Positions 1 to 14,089 of a stretch of 64,000 bases of DNA are shown here, in pieces. Origin of the DNA: Lama glama. Taxonomy: Eukaryota. The stretch is taken from assembly GCA_028534125.1 (NCBI GenBank), contig CM052818.1, positions 19,842,001-19,906,000 of the forward strand, in the 5' to 3' direction. Made by a program: the position numbers and the translations under genes. Under the pieces are notes generated by a model. That model ran no database searches. It was not told the DNA's origin and was given only the letters and a program-made list of their open reading frames with translations. Numbering within the stretch: the stretch's first letter is position 1; every line of letters starts with the position of its first letter.

Positions 1-1595
1 TATTTGGATCCATTTTGGGGCAACTGCCTGGCCTGGAATTGTCCACCAAATGCTTTTTTTAAAAAATGAATTGGCTGCATTTAGCAGAGTAGAGTTAGTG
101 TTTTTAATAGCCTGAAAAATGATATCCAGATGCTCACCATAAAGGAGGGGGCCCTTCCCTCTAATTTCGAGCCTGCCACAGTGATTCTGAGCCTGGTCCC
201 TCCCTTCTGGACAGTTGCCTTGTGCTCTCTGGGGGTCTACCTTGGGAGACCGCCCGGGAGCTCCAACTGGCCCCAAACCCAAGGAAGGAAGGCAAACCAT
301 CTGGAATGCATCGTCCAGATTGGCTCCACACTGCCCAGGCACCCTGACAGCTTTTTGGGACTGTTAGAGGCTTGGATTTAATCCATCAGGCTCTCCAGTC
401 AGAGGCCTCCAGACCTCTCTTTGTCTCCTTCCAGAATTTAGATTCCACAGAGGCACAATTAGACCTGCTAGTCACTTCCAAGTTTGGCTTTCTCAAGAAA
501 ATGACCAAGGTGTGCTCTGAGAGACACTTTCCAGCAGCTCTTGGACTAGGAACAGATGAAGGGAAGGGAATGGTTTCAGCAAGAACCTTTTCCTTTCCTT
601 CCTTTTTATTCCCACTGCCACATCCTGACCATCACTCCAGCCCTGATGATTGACACTTACTTGGAGGGGAGAAAGAAAATTTGTCCCATTCCAGGATGCT
701 TCAGGGAGCCTTTAAAAATGGCAACCTGGCTTTTCATAGCATCTTATTACCATGCAAGGTCTGCTTGGGAGAAATAAAGGAATAAACTCCAGAGGGGAGG
801 GAGTGGCTAGGAACTATCCTCAAATCAATTTGTAAAAAAAAAGGATCGAGGGTTTTAAAAAATTTTTCCTAAAACCATAAACCCTCATTAACTATCAATG
901 CATTTATTGCAGTTTTTCCCCTAGGGTGATAAACATTTTGCTAGATTGCAAAAATTATTAAATTTACAAAGGCTAAACATATTTCCTATCATCTTGTCTG
1001 TAATTCTGATTTGTTTCTTCATAAAGAAGAAAAAGATAAATTTCACCCAAACCCTTGACCATGGGAACACAGATTCCAAGTTAATTGGATCCAAATTAAG
1101 AATCTCTAGTGTGTCTCATATCAGGCTAGTTCTCTCAAATGGTTACAGTGTCATGACAATGAATCCCAGAATAACCCAGCACAGTCATCTAAGAGTTGCC
1201 TTCAAAGCCTCCAGTATGTTTGGCAAACAGGGGGGAAGTTTCACGTCCCTGCCTGAATCCACCTGGCAGTTGTTTCCATGTCCAGGACTCCTCCCTGCTT
1301 TTTCCAGCCCCACTTTTAGCTTCTCCTCACCCCTCTGGTGTTGACCACCTGGAACTAGCAGATTCCAGCCTAGAACTGAGATACAATGCTGCTAGCTACA
1401 CATGAGTCTCAGCTGGGATGAGTGGAACAGGCCACGTTTCTGTATATTATCCTGCTTTCTCACTCCTCCCATGACTGCCACAAAAGCTGTACAGGTATAT
1501 CCAGATTTGGAACAGGGAGGAGGTCATACTGTCCCATAGCAGACAAATTAAAATTGAACAGCAAAAGCCGTCTGGCCATGCCAGTAGGGAATCTC

Positions 1596-1845
1596 TTTTT
1601 TTTAACAATGTTAGTTTCAGGTGTACAGCAAAGCGATTCAGTTCTACATATACAGACATGTATACGTACATATGTACAGACCTGTACATGTACATACGTA
1701 CATACAAACATATATGTACATATATTTTTAGATTCTTTTCCATTATAGCTTATTACAAGAAATTGAATATATTTCCCTGTGCTATACGGTAGGTCCTTGT
1801 TGTTTATCTATTTTGTATCTGTCAATCCCGAACTCCTAATTTCAC
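1596..1845 (-). mobile_element. LINE-1 3' end fragment with internal (TACA/TATA)n-like purine-pyrimidine run
   Basis: T-run then 'gtttcaggtgtacagcaaagcgattcagtt...ccctgtgctatacggtaggtccttgttgtttatctatttt', the reverse complement of the L1 3' ends at 23600-23810 and 35750-35930. Confidence 0.8.
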
Positions 1846-3073
1846 ATAGGGGATCTTATTGGCTACTTTCCCCCTAGGTCCCAGCATCCTGCTGTATCAT
1901 TCAGACTAATCCAATCTTCTCCAGGATCCTCCTCTCTTTTGTATTCTCTCCTTCACCTCCAGTATCTACCAATTCCTTATGCAGAATAATCTAGCCTTTG
2001 TCTCCTTTCAGACCATGCCTTTGAAGCCTCACTTCCAAATGAAAACAGACCTCTAAGGTGCCATTGTGGGTGGGTCAGTGTATCCCTTCCCCATGCTGGG
2101 GGAAACCCACTGGAAGCACTTGCCCTTTTTAGGACCTCTTTGTGCTGTATCTCACTGGGCAAACCAAGGAATGTGTCAAGGGTGAGATGGGGCTGGGGAA
2201 CTGATCCAACAGAGAAGCTGGCATGTGACAGGTAGACAAGCATCCCAAGGCTGGATGAAAACCTCAGCTTTGACTTAAATCACATCAAGCCTGGAGTTTC
2301 CAATCTGGCAGGCAGAATGTAGCCCCAGGAAATTCAAGAGACAGTCAGTGCTCAGAAGACCTCTGGGTGGGCAAATACCATGTAGGAGGTTTATTCATGG
2401 GCTATAGGACTCAGCCACCAGGTTTTGGTACAGGCCAACACTCCAACCCAGGAAGGGGACCATCAGAAACACAGTCCCCCAACATTGGATGGTCATTCAG
2501 AGTGGAGCTCAAGCCTCAGAAGGAGACTTAGTTGCTAAGCATGATAAAGGACTGAAATGTTCGACACCAAGGTTCAAGCTCTAATGGATATGGACGATGT
2601 AGGAAGAGCTATAACTCAGGGCCAATATGCATGAATAGTGGCCACTGCAAAGGCCCCAGATCTCCAGCTCATTTACCAGAGAGGACAGGAGGGGAGTGGG
2701 CACTGGGCTGTGGGAACAGGACCTGATTCTCAGTCCCACTGGATGGTGGAGTGCGTGGGCTGGGCTGGGCTATTTACGTACTGAGCCAGCAGGGCCAGTG
2801 ACGTTGGGCTGGGGAAGGCAGCAGAAGAGGGAAGCAACGTGAAGACTGGTAATCTTCAGCCATAAAGGATAACAGGTTTATTGTTAGAATAGCACCTCCC
2901 TGGCACTCTGGCCAGGCACCAGCCTGAAGCGGTGGGGCAAGCGCCAGATTAGGAGTCAGGAGTCTGTTCTCATCCGGCTTTAGCTAGCAACCGGTTGTGG
3001 GCCCTTAAACATGTACTTTTATTAATAGTTGGGCTTTGGCTTCCTCATCTGTGACCAGGAGGTTGGGCTAAAT

Positions 3074-3259
3074 CAGTGATTCGCAAAGTGTGACCCTCAG
3101 TCTGGTAGCATCGGCGTCACCCGATCCTTATGAGAAATGCAAATTATCAGGACCCACCCAGAATTACTGTATCAGAAACCCTGGGGGTGGGATCTAGCAA
3201 TCTGTGCTTTAACAAGCCTCCAGGTGATTGTGACGCAAAGCAAAGTTTGAGACGCCCTG
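3074..3259. mobile_element. MER5A-like hAT-Charlie MITE inserted in a MIR3-like SINE
   Basis: CAG...CTG termini, MER5A-like body, perfect 8-bp target duplication GGCTAAAT at 3066-3073 and 3260-3267. Confidence 0.85.
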
Positions 3260-3326
3260 GGCTAAATAATTTCTAAGTCCCTGCATGCTCAAATGCTTTC
3301 AAATCTGGTAGGAGAGATTAAATCAA

Positions 3327-3400
3327 TCTCTCTGTCTGTTTCTCTCTCTGTCTCACTCTGTCTCTCTCTGTCTCTCTCTCTCAGACACACACACACACAC
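3327..3400. repeat. Compound (CT)n(CA)n microsatellite
   Basis: Seen directly. Confidence 0.95.
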
Positions 3401-5019
3401 CACAAACCACATATAACTTGGCCAGTAAAATATCAGTTTTTGGATCTTATAGTTAAAATCTCCGTGAGCAGGTCTTCACTACATGTCCCAGAAACCCAGC
3501 CTACATCCTTTTTTTCCTCAGTCTGTCTCCAAAATCAGAGCCTGCCTCTGAAATGGATACATTCGTGTTCTAGTCAGCAGGTAGCAAATTGTACAATAAA
3601 TTCTTGTCTCCTTCACCTCCTGCCCAATTAGCCAGAGATAAGATAGGAAGATTAACTCTTTTCCACAGGCAGGGTCACAGCCTGGAGTTGTAATAGAAGC
3701 CAGTTTCCATCCTGGCTCTGCTGAGGCTGCTGCAGCAATTGGCTAAGAGGCAGGTGGATCTGCCTGGTAGCAGGGATTTAATAGGCAAAGCGGTGCAGGG
3801 AGGAGAACCAGAAGGGAAGAATAGCTGTGCTAAGCCTGTTGCCTTCTAGTTAAAAAAAAAAAATTATAGCTCTATTTATAACCCGTCTTGCTCTACAAAG
3901 GATCTGAGGTGCTACCTTCTTGTTGTAAAGCCCTTGATGCCAATACTTGGCATGTGATACCGCGGACTTCCTGGCCCAGAGCACAGGGCCAAGTCTTATT
4001 CACACAGCCTATGCGGAGGGTAATGGCTGCTCTGGTAGTCTGTTCTAAAATCCCCTCTCCCGCTCATCCCCTTCCTTCTGTCTGCCTCCACAGAGAGAGT
4101 GTGGTCGCTGGGATCCTGTTTCTCTTCTGTTTTTTTCTCAACTGCACCACCTGATACCTGGTTTTACATCTTCCCATCTGAGTCAAACAGACAAAATCCA
4201 CTAGGAAACGTTCAAAAGCCTGGTTTAAGGAGTGGCTGTGGAAGGTCTATACATAGAATTTTTTTTACCTTTCTCCTCAGTGACCTATTCCTCGTGGGAA
4301 CTTACCAACAGATCAGTCATCAGTTGGATTGTACGGTGAGTTGACCTGGGCTGGGGTAGGTGGGATTTAAATAAATTAATACATGGTAGGTACCTGGAAG
4401 AGAGCCAGGCCCATAGTAAATGCTCAGTAAGTATTGCTAAACAAACAAAAAAAAAACAAACAAAAATACTAGTAAATGGACATGAATTTGTACCAGAAGC
4501 ATCTATATCCTCTTTAGGAGAAGACAGGCTGGTGCTCTGGGCTTAGCTAGGTTTGTCTCCTTATGTTATTGATTGATTCCTGTGAGTCTGATCCCAACTC
4601 TGGCCTCTTTCCCCATTTTCACATTATCTCCTAAGCCTAGAATAGTACTTAACAATTAAGTCGCTCCTAGTTTTTCTCTCTTTTTTTTTTTAGAATAAAT
4701 AATTCCAATTTCTTAATAAACCTCCCCAAAGGAGGCTTATGATAGAGGGTCAGTACCTTTATGATGTCCCTGGGCAACTGGGTTAATAAAAATAAGCAGA
4801 GAGAGCCACATAACACCTTTTGGCTGGGCTTCCCCATACCAGGTGGTCCTGTTCTGGCCCCCAGAGGCCTTGGCTTCTGGACTTTAGATATGCTCTGGTC
4901 TCTGTCACCACCTTTCATCACCTAATCTGCCTCAAGTGGCCCTCTTTGTTCTGCATATAGATGTTTCTCCCTGCTCCTGCTTTTACCCATGACAAGTCCT
5001 TTTAGAAACTTGACAAAGC

Positions 5020-7310
5020 ATTTAAAAATTTTTACAAGAAGAGCCAAGAGCAAACAATAGATAGGACATTTCGAAAAAAGAAAAGAGACTCACCCTACTA
5101 GAAATTGACTTATTATTAAGCTTATAGAAATCAGAATGGTGTTATTGGTACAGGGAAATATTAATAGACCAATGGAATAGAAGAGTCCAGAAACAAACCC
5201 ACACACATATAAGTAAATGACTGAGAAGGCACTAAAGATAGGCAAGGGAGATGAGGGTCCATTCAATAAGTGGGACTGGAAAATTCATTTCTATTAATAG
5301 AAGGGAGAAAAGAAACTGGATCCCTACTATATACAAAAATCAATTTCTGATAGAATAAAAACTTAAATGAAAAATGCACTATTTTAAAAAATCTTTTAAA
5401 AAAAACTCTGGAATGATTTTAGGAACTCAGGATAGGAAAGAGTATCTCAAATAAGTCACAAAAGGCATAAATCATTAAGGAAATGATTAAGACATTTTCC
5501 TACATTAAAATTTTAAACTTCTATTCATCAGAATCCATCTTAAAGGGAGCAAGAAGACAAGCCACAGCCTGGGGAAATATTTGCAGTATGTATAACTGGT
5601 AACGGATTAGTGTCCAGAATATATGAAGGACACCAATGAATCAACAAGAAAGAGATACACCCCAATGGAAAAAGGGACAAAAGACATAAACAGACACTCA
5701 CAGAAAAGGAAACACAAATGGCTAACGAACAAGTGAAAAGATGCTACAATGAGACACCCATTTCACAACCCACCAGACGGGAAAAATTTTGAAGTCTAAC
5801 AGCAAATGCTAGAAAGAAATGTGGAGCAACCAGAACTCCTTATTAGTGTGAGTGAACACTGGCACAGGTACAGGAAAACAACGCGGCTTTTCCTGGTCAG
5901 GGGCAAGATAGGCACACCCTACCTCTCAGCAGTTCTACACCCAGGAATGAATCCTATGGACGCTCTCTCTATATTTATATCTATACCTATATGTATCTCC
6001 GTATCCGTATCTAAATCCAGAGGCATGTATAAGAATGTTTCATGCCACATGTTCAGAATAACCAACCCAAATATCCATCAAAACTAAATGAACATAAAAA
6101 TTTTGATGTGTTCCATTCAATGCAATACTATACAGCAGTGAAAATGAACAACACACATCAATATGGATGAATCAGTATCTCACAAGCGATACTGAATGAG
6201 AATAGCAAGACTGAGAAAAATACACTGTGTTGTTTCATTTATGTAAAGATGGAAAACCAGCAAAGCTAAAAATACACTGTTTGGATACCCAGGTATGTAT
6301 TTGTCAGTGCTCTGGCAAGAAAGAGAAGGGACAGACAAACTGGGTGGCTAGGAAAGCTTATTAATGGGACTCTTTATAAGAAAACATGAGTTGGGTTAGG
6401 GAATGCATTCTCAGTGAGGCAATATTACTCCTAAAGGGGTGAAAGTTCATTCTCCGGGGCAAAAAATTATTTTTCTTTTCTTGTATAAAGCACAGAGATA
6501 TGTACAGTACATAAACAGATACATAGTATGTCTGTGGTATAAAAATTTCATGGTGGGGAAGATGATTAGAAAAAACATCTGAAAAGGCTACTTGTTGGTA
6601 GAGGTGATAATGAAAGAGAAAAAAAAAAAACCAGTAAGAAACACTAGGTTTGGGTAACTAGCAAAGAAGGGTGTAGTGCCCTAGGGCTAGCAAAGCAGTC
6701 AGGAGTTCTCACCGTCCATAGACCTGGAGGAGCCAAGGGGAGGGCAGGGAAGGAGTAGTTGAACGGAGGGCTGCCTGCTTTTGGTAGGGGAATGCAACTG
6801 ACTTACTCTGGGTTACGGGTTACAGGGTTGCGGGGGTTGGGGGAGAAGTGGGTGAGAGCAGGGGAGGGAGGGCAGGGGAGCAAACACCTCTACCTCATTC
6901 TCCTCATCACTGATCTCCTGAAAGTGCTTCACTTTGGCCAAACCCATCAGGAAACCAGGGATCAAGGGAGGCTCCTAGTGCAGTCCACACAGGGCAGCCT
7001 CAGGAGGGGAGGGAGGGATAGAGAAGATTGGTCCCTGGATCTGGAGGGGCAGATGGAAATGACACAGCAAATCCATGTGGTAAAATGATAAGGGACAAGG
7101 GAATCTCTGGCACATATTTCAGGATCGTGGTTACCTCTGGGGCTGGGAAGGGAGGGGTATATGGAGCGTCAATAATATTGATAATATTCTATTACTTCAG
7201 TTGAGTGGTGGGTCCATCAGCACTTATTTTAGTTTTTTTCAACAATACATGTGTATTATTTACATTCATGTGCACATATAATCTATTTCATATGACATTT
7301 TTAGAAAGTT
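5020..7310 (+). mobile_element. Old LINE-1 (L1M/L1ME-like) ORF2 end and 3' UTR, interrupted at ~6297-7070
   Basis: Degenerate ORF2 3' motifs (atagaccaatggaatagaagagtccagaaacaaaccca; caaaaatcaatttc; gcaatactatacagcagtgaaaatgaac); the 3' UTR resumes at ~7072. Confidence 0.75.
6297..7070 (-). mobile_element. LTR33-like ERVL solo LTR, itself interrupted by a hAT-like fragment (~6400-6647)
   Basis: 'ttggccaaacccatcaggaaaccagggatcaagggaggctcctagtgcagtccacacagggcagcctc...ggatctggaggggcagatggaaatgacacagca' resembles the reverse complement of the LTR33 5' end as I recall it. Confidence 0.65.
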
Positions 7311-7344
7311 AACACGGTAGTAACTACGTAAGTGAGGTAAAATG

Positions 7345-7570
7345 AAAACAAGCAACCATTGGACCTGGAGACAGAAATGGAGGATTAAAATCTAGGTTTT
7401 ACCACTAACTAGCTGTTTGAGATTTAGCAAATAAGTTAGTTTCTCTGATGAACCCTGTTAGAGGCTGAGGAACCATCATCCGCAGCCCCACCTATTCCCT
7501 CAGATGTTAGGATTAAATGAAATTATATGTAGTATGTGAAATCATGTGCTACACTAATTGGTGTATAATA
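7345..7570 (+). mobile_element. MIR SINE fragment
   Basis: 'aaatctaggttttaccactaactagctgtttgagatttagcaaataagtt' and 'gttaggattaaatgaaattatatgt' core motifs. Confidence 0.55.
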
Positions 7571-9384
7571 AACCTTTTTTCCTCTTCCCATTCTACCTGT
7601 CCAGTTCTATTGTTTTCTCTTACTAGTTCCTGTGCTCCAGCCAACCCCATTGCCTCTCTGACCCCCAGCACTGGCCTTGCCTCCAGCAAGGTCCATGCCC
7701 TGTGTTCTTCCCCAGCCTGGTCCTTCCTCCTGTCAATCAGCCTGACTCAAGCCCCGCCCCTCCAGCCCTTCCTCACAGTCCTTACAAATTGTAGGCGTTA
7801 ATAAAAAGAAGAATTAAGATATTATTGCAGATGCTCTCATCAAATGCAATTGAGACTCCTGCTGATCAGTTACTTGAAATCATTGGTTAGGGCAGATGAA
7901 ACCATGAAACGCACTAGCCTTAACCATCTCGCTTTAACTTAAAACACAGATGTGGGTTCGTTTGCCAGTCTTTTGATGAGAAGTCTAGGCTTTTCATTTG
8001 AGCACGAGTCCCTCATCATCATTCTTGCATCATGCCAGTTCTCTAAGGTGGAACAAGAACCCAGTCACTTAAAAAGCCCAAGGTCACAGAGCTTGCAACA
8101 GACCTGGTACTGGAATGGCTTTGGATTCCTCAGCACAGTGCCGAGTGGAGGAGTGTCCTATAAATTTAGTTGAACTGCACAGAGCAGCTTGGATGGGTGC
8201 CTGAGGAAGGCTGTGACGGAAACAAAGAGGCTAAACTGTGAGATGCAGGCGAATGCCAATGACAACTCGACTTAAATGATGACACTGCCTCTGGTGGTCA
8301 TCCCTGGGTCATGTACTGGGCACAGCTACACCCATGCTCACATGCAAAGCTTCAACCAGTGTCTGTCTCTCTTATAATCAGTTGCTGATTCTGGAATTTA
8401 ATGCTTTTTTGGTGTGTGTGTTGGGGAGTGGGTTTGGGCAGCTGGGGAGGAGAGATGGACATGGATGGTGAGAAAGGCAGGCTTTGTCTTCCCTCCTGAA
8501 CTCAGCTTCTCTGGCATTTCTTGGCCCTTCTCTGTCCAGTCTATGTTCTGAGGTCAGGATCTAGTCCACAGCTTTTTAAAAATCTTGACTTGGCCTCGGA
8601 AAGCTGGCAAGCTCCAGTGGAATTAGAGTTCATAAATACAATTTCCTGGGGCTGTTGATGCTTCATATGAGAGGCTTAGCAAATCCTAAGGATACAGTCG
8701 GTAGGCACACATGCATATATATATGAACACACATGTGTGTGTGTGACCCTTTCCCTCACCTAGGGCAGACGAGTACACATTACACAGGGGGTCAGGGAGT
8801 GCCCTTCCAGTTCACGGCTCCTAGAATTTCAAGGTGCACGTGCTGCTGTAGATTTTATTGTTTCTCATAAATATTATCTTGTTTCCCTTACCTGGGCGGT
8901 GCTCTCCCAGGGTGCAGGGGAGGCCACGCAAGTCTGGCCTGTTTGCCTTGGTGGGGCCTGCCCTGTGATAAACCATGGCGGGCACTGGCCCTTCCCATGG
9001 TGCAGGTGGCCAGCTATGGGGGAGCCCCCGGGCTGTACAGGGAACAACGGCAGGCTGGAGGCACACTGGCTGCAGTGGCTGTGGCGGGGTGGCGAGGCAG
9101 AAACCCAGGTGATGTAGAAACCCTTCAGCATTGTGTTCTTTTCACCCTCCTACCTACTCATAGGTCCTGATTTAGGGGAGTTATGTACAACTGCCATCCA
9201 GCCCAGAAAGGAGGCGAATTCCTGATGCACTCCTGATGAGTACTAATCTTTATTTCCTGTTAGTGTGATGTAGATTCTTGAGAGATTTGGGCTGGGCAGG
9301 AGGAAGTCCTTCTTTGAGAACAAGGGTAATTCAAGACTGGTTAGAAGCTCTTAGATGGTAGATCCCTCTGGGATAGCCTCCTGG

Positions 9385-9712
9385 TTTTACAGATATTCAA
9401 ACCATAGCCCAGAGAGGTTCACTGACTTGCCGCAGGTCACACAGCCCATTGGATGGCATGCTTCATAACGCCTTTTTTTAAGGACAGAATTACTCAGAAA
9501 TATTTCATTAATTTTTACACTAAAAAAAGAGCAAATTAGCAACTGGCTTCTCTGTTTACTAGCTGTGGTACTCTGTGCCACAAAGTACCTTCTGTTTCCT
9601 CCTCTGTAAAATAGAATAAATAACACCTCCCAAGATCAGTGTGAGGAAGAATAGGTAATGTGTGCGAGACGTCTGTCTCAAGCACTCTATGGGCTCGATA
9701 AATGCTAGTTAC
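9385..9712. mobile_element. Two MIR fragments in opposite orientation
   Basis: 'cccagagaggttcactgacttgccgcaggtcacacagc' and 'ctgtttcctcctctgtaaaatagaataaataacacc...ctcgataaatgctag'. Confidence 0.55.
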
Positions 9713-12244
9713 CTGTTCCTTCTGTTAGTCTTCATTTTCTCCTCCCTGCCTTTCAAAAATCACAAAAAGAACAAAAATAAAATAAGTTCCCACTTTATTT
9801 CACAGACAGGCTCACCTCAAACCCATATGGTAATGAAATATAAATAGAAATGTCCCAGCCAGCCCAGATGAGTCAACAGCATTGTGGAAGGGATGGTAGG
9901 AAGGACACTGGGCACAAGGCTGTAGCTGGGGTGGGCTATGGTTTTTGTTTGTTTGTTTGTTTTGATTTATTGAAAAGGCTTCCCTATGTAAGGTCAGAAG
10001 AGACTCTCTTCCCAGGTTAAAAAAAAAAAAGAAATGTGCTAAAGTGGGAAGGGGAGGTGACAGGGATCCCGAGAGAAGAGCAACGATGCTCCCTTCCCCG
10101 TGAGTACTGAGAACACCATCCGCGGGAGTTGGAATAAGCAAGGAGGCCAGTGATGACTGAGCAGCTCACAGATGCCAGGAGGGCAACAGGCAGGGCACTC
10201 ACCCCAGTCCCCAGGGCAGGAATAGGAGCATCAGAAAGGTGGGGGCTGCCTGGGGATGAGGTCCCGGGAGAGACACACCCCACCTCGACAGCCTTAAGAG
10301 CAAAGGAACAACATGCTCCACCTGGCTAGTCTTTGGCTGCATGGGCAGAGAGGGTCCTGCCAGCTTCGTAGACCAAGTCAGTAATTCTATAAACTGTTTC
10401 CTGTTCATTACACCTCTTCTGACAGCTCCTGGGCTAGAGATACTTGGCAATGGATAGCAGACTACTTGATTTGTGTAATAGGTATTTTCACATACAGCAA
10501 ACTTAAAAAACAGAAACAAAAGTGTCATGAAAATTTTGACCTAGTCTTTTTGTAGCGGCAATGAGAAGTACAAAGGTGTCACTATCAGGCTGTCTCCTGT
10601 GGGATCTGAAGAACAAAACAGAACATCTGTGGGAAAGAGTGTGTTACTGTTACGCAAAATTGGTCTGGGGGACCACTTGGAGCAGAGATGCAGACCTGAA
10701 TATGCCATGTGGGTGGACCACCCTGCAAGCCCATTTGAAGCCCAATTCCAGTCTCTTCTTGGAATCTTTCCTAGAGGAACGCTAGAGGCACATGATGACT
10801 TTAGCTATGTCTCCCCAGGTGACATAAGTTTGTGGAAGATAATTCAATTGCCTTTGACCAACTGGGTTCCCAGGTGTTTCTTTCCTCCTACAAAAAAATC
10901 ATTGGAAGGGAATCTCTTCATTGCTGTGGTCCCCTCTGCCATGTGGTGGCTCCTCTCCGCAACTTCCTACCCACAACCCAAGGCCACAGAAACCACGGTG
11001 GAAGTGCCAGGCCCCGAGGTTGCAACAGTCATCACCCAAATCCTCCACACAGACAAGGGGCCTCGAGGCCCTGGCCCTGGGCAGGGCATAGCAACCACAC
11101 AAGGGGGAGAAAGGAAATTTGCCAATCCTGGATGCCCATGATTTAAGGAGGGCAGCATCCTGGGGAGAAACAGAAATGCAAACCGGGTCTTGTAAAATCT
11201 AGCCATCTATACGAAAGGGGTTAGGAAAGATGGAGAATCCCTTTGGAGGCAAAGCTGTACAGCCAGGAAGAATTCTCTGAGACTGAGAGCATAGCTTCAG
11301 CCACTTTTTAAGAGAAGAAGAAAGGGACGGTGGCTTGGCTGGACAAGAAACGTCCATTCAATGCTCGCTGCTGTAGTCACTCACCCCGGAGAAGGGTTCT
11401 TGTTCTCTCCCTGCTTCTAATTACAATTCTTACCAGGTTTCCAAAATGAAGTTTAACACCCCCTCTAATGGAGAACTTGGGTGAGTTCCTAGGGCTTTGC
11501 CAGGAGCCTAGAGTTTTTGTGAGTCACGTTGCCACATCTCTCATCAGAGGTATTCTTCTCGCCTCACTCGTCGCTGGCCAGTCCCCTTTGCCTTCAAGTT
11601 CCCCCTGCTTGGAGCAGATGGACATATGTCTTCCCTGGAATCAGGGAGGCAAATCAAAAATAGAACAGGTAAAGAGGAGAGGGCTGAGTTCCATGAGCCA
11701 AAGATGAGAGTCTAAATGGATAAAGCCAGGGAGATAATGCCAAGACAACAGTGGTTTCACACCGGCAAGCAGGTCACAGTAGAAATTTGGAACCATGACC
11801 CTGCCCAGGCTTTCCACAGCAGGAGGCAAGAGAAGGCTGTGTGTCCAGGTCTCCTTGGCCATCCCAGCCCCTGGCCCTGGGAGTGGGCCCCTCCAGGTAC
11901 CTCAGCTCTCCTCTCTTGGGCTTTTGAGGACTTCTTCCCAGAGGTGAGGACTTGTTTATTGCCCCTCTTAGTTCAGGAAAACGAGGCCTGGATTTTGGGG
12001 GCCAATTGTCAATCCTTAAAGTCCCCTCTGCCATTTCTCCCCAAAGAAATGGGAGAATTGTCTCTCGTGCAAATAAGATCCTTAGGCCTGGCCTCCTGTT
12101 CCTAAGTTCAGGGTATTTTGTGTACCTGCCCCATCCCAGACTTTATCTACTTTACTCATCTGGCCATTTTCTCAAACTACCAGTTATATTTTTGATAATT
12201 ATAGCATATAATATGTGTACTGTCACTCCTCACTCCAGTTAAGT

Positions 12245-12950
12245 AGTAATGTACTTGAGTATCGAGAACTTACTATGTTCTAGACTGTTGGCTAAGTACT
12301 TCACATAGATTGACTCATCTAATCCGCATAACAATTCAATGATGTAGGTATCATAATTTATGATTCTCCCTTTTCTAGGGGAACTAGGGGAGCAGAGATG
12401 TCAACAAACCTGCCCAAGGTTCTGGCTCCTTGTGTGAGTTGAACAAGTTATGACCACTCCATGCCTCAGTCTCCTCATTGGTAAAATGGGATGAATAATG
12501 GAACCTACCTGAGAAGATCACTATGAGAATTAAATGAACTGATAAGTATAAGGTGCTCAGAACAGTGCCTGGCCCATTTGTGTTTGTGCAATTACAAATG
12601 AACATCTAAGCGGCAGAGCTGGATGTAACCCAGGCAGAGCACACATTCCTAACCACTGTTCATTTCCTTGTTGGTTGTGGCCTGTTCTGTTTCTTCTAAA
12701 AGCTTTGGTGGACATTTGATTTCCACTTTACACAGCTGGGGAAACTGAGCTACAGAGGTGATCGGTGCAGGGTGACACAAAAGTTTCTCTTCCTGAGAAT
12801 CCCAAGGTGATGAGTCATGTATTCTTACGGACCAGGCACTGCCCTGAGCATTTTACACATAGTAACTCACATAGTTCACATCAGTCTTAAGAGGTAGGTA
12901 CTGCTGTTCATCTCATTTTATAGATAAGGAAACTAAGGCACAGACTAGCC
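12245..12950. mobile_element. Cluster of nested/adjacent MIR SINEs
   Basis: MIR cores: 'gcctcagtctcctcattggtaaaatgggatgaataatggaacctacc', 'ctcattttatagataaggaaactaaggcacaga', 'ggggaaactgagctacagagg'. Confidence 0.7.
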
Positions 12951-13217
12951 TGACTCTGCTGTCATATCTGTCCTCTACCTGTGCCCTCCCTCAGGCTTGA
13001 GGCCAACCAGTTCTGCTCTCAGGCCCTAAAGGAGGCACTCAGGGCCAGTAACCCAGGGACTCAGCATGAAGACATCTTCCTGACGGATTTGCACCACCCT
13101 TTGTCCCACCTTTTCTGCCTGGTCTATGACCAAGCCCTGCACTGGACCCCAGGTTTCAGTAATTACCCCAATCTAACTTTCATGGGTATATCATACCCTC
13201 TTGGTCTGGCCCATTTC

Positions 13218-13328
13218 TAGGTTAACCAACCAACAAGGTTTGCCCAGGAATGTCCCAGTTTTAAAGCTGAAAGTCCTGTGTTACAGGAAACCTCAGTCTT
13301 GGGCAAACCAGAACAGTTGGTCACCCTA
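13218..13328. mobile_element. MER94-like palindromic hAT-Blackjack MITE
   Basis: Terminal inverted repeats taggttaaccaac / gttggtcacccta and internal ggtttgcccagga / tcttgggcaaacc. Confidence 0.8.
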
Positions 13329-14089
13329 CACACCGCACAAACCTGCAGCTATTTTCTGACCCAGTGAAGTTCTGCTTCTTCCTGTAGATCTCCAGAGAGT
13401 AACCTCTCCTCTCCAAATAGTCCCGCAAACCATTTAAATTTAGCAGCAGCTGCATCCCATTTTAAGTCACAAGAGCATAAGGAACGTTAGTGGGGAGGCT
13501 TTCTTTCATGATGGAGGAGACCACTCGGGCTTACTTTTCTAAATCACACTGACTAGCCAAGCCAGCAGTTTCCTCTCTGCTCTTCACACATGACCCACCA
13601 AGCAAGTATTTTGTTTCCCCTTCACATTTCCATTCTTCCCAAACACTTCTCCTAGTGGTTCCTTTTAGCCGAAGGCTAAATAAAGAGTAGAAGGAAGAAT
13701 GTGGATTTTGGCGGCAGAAAGACCAGGATGTGAATCCTGTCTCTGACATGTCATTTTACTTCTTTGTGCAAGTGACTTCACCTCTCTGAATAGTGCCTAT
13801 AAAAGGATAATATGAAAAGATTAGTGATGATGTATGCAAAGTGGGTTTTGACAGATGATGAATGACTGATGAAAGAGGCCACACTCAAGGTTGGACCTCC
13901 CAGTGGACTGGCAGGATGCTGATTCTAAATGGAGTTGAGGTATCCCGAGAGATGCTGCTGGGGGACCAACACATGCCTGATATGGTCTCTCGGCCAACTT
14001 CTCACCTTCACTGTCACTTCCCTGGGGAAGCTTTACTACAAACTCACAGGATCCTGTCCTCTTTCTTCACACTGTTTTTCACAACTTGA

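Noticed and set aside
8283..8300. CTCF-like CCACCAGAGGCAGTG on the minus strand
   Set aside because: One base short in the G-run compared with the core motif
10599..11141. Longest ORF in the track (180 aa)
   Set aside because: No recognisable domain or promoter context, and overlapping ORFs occur in several frames of a GC-richer patch; likely chance
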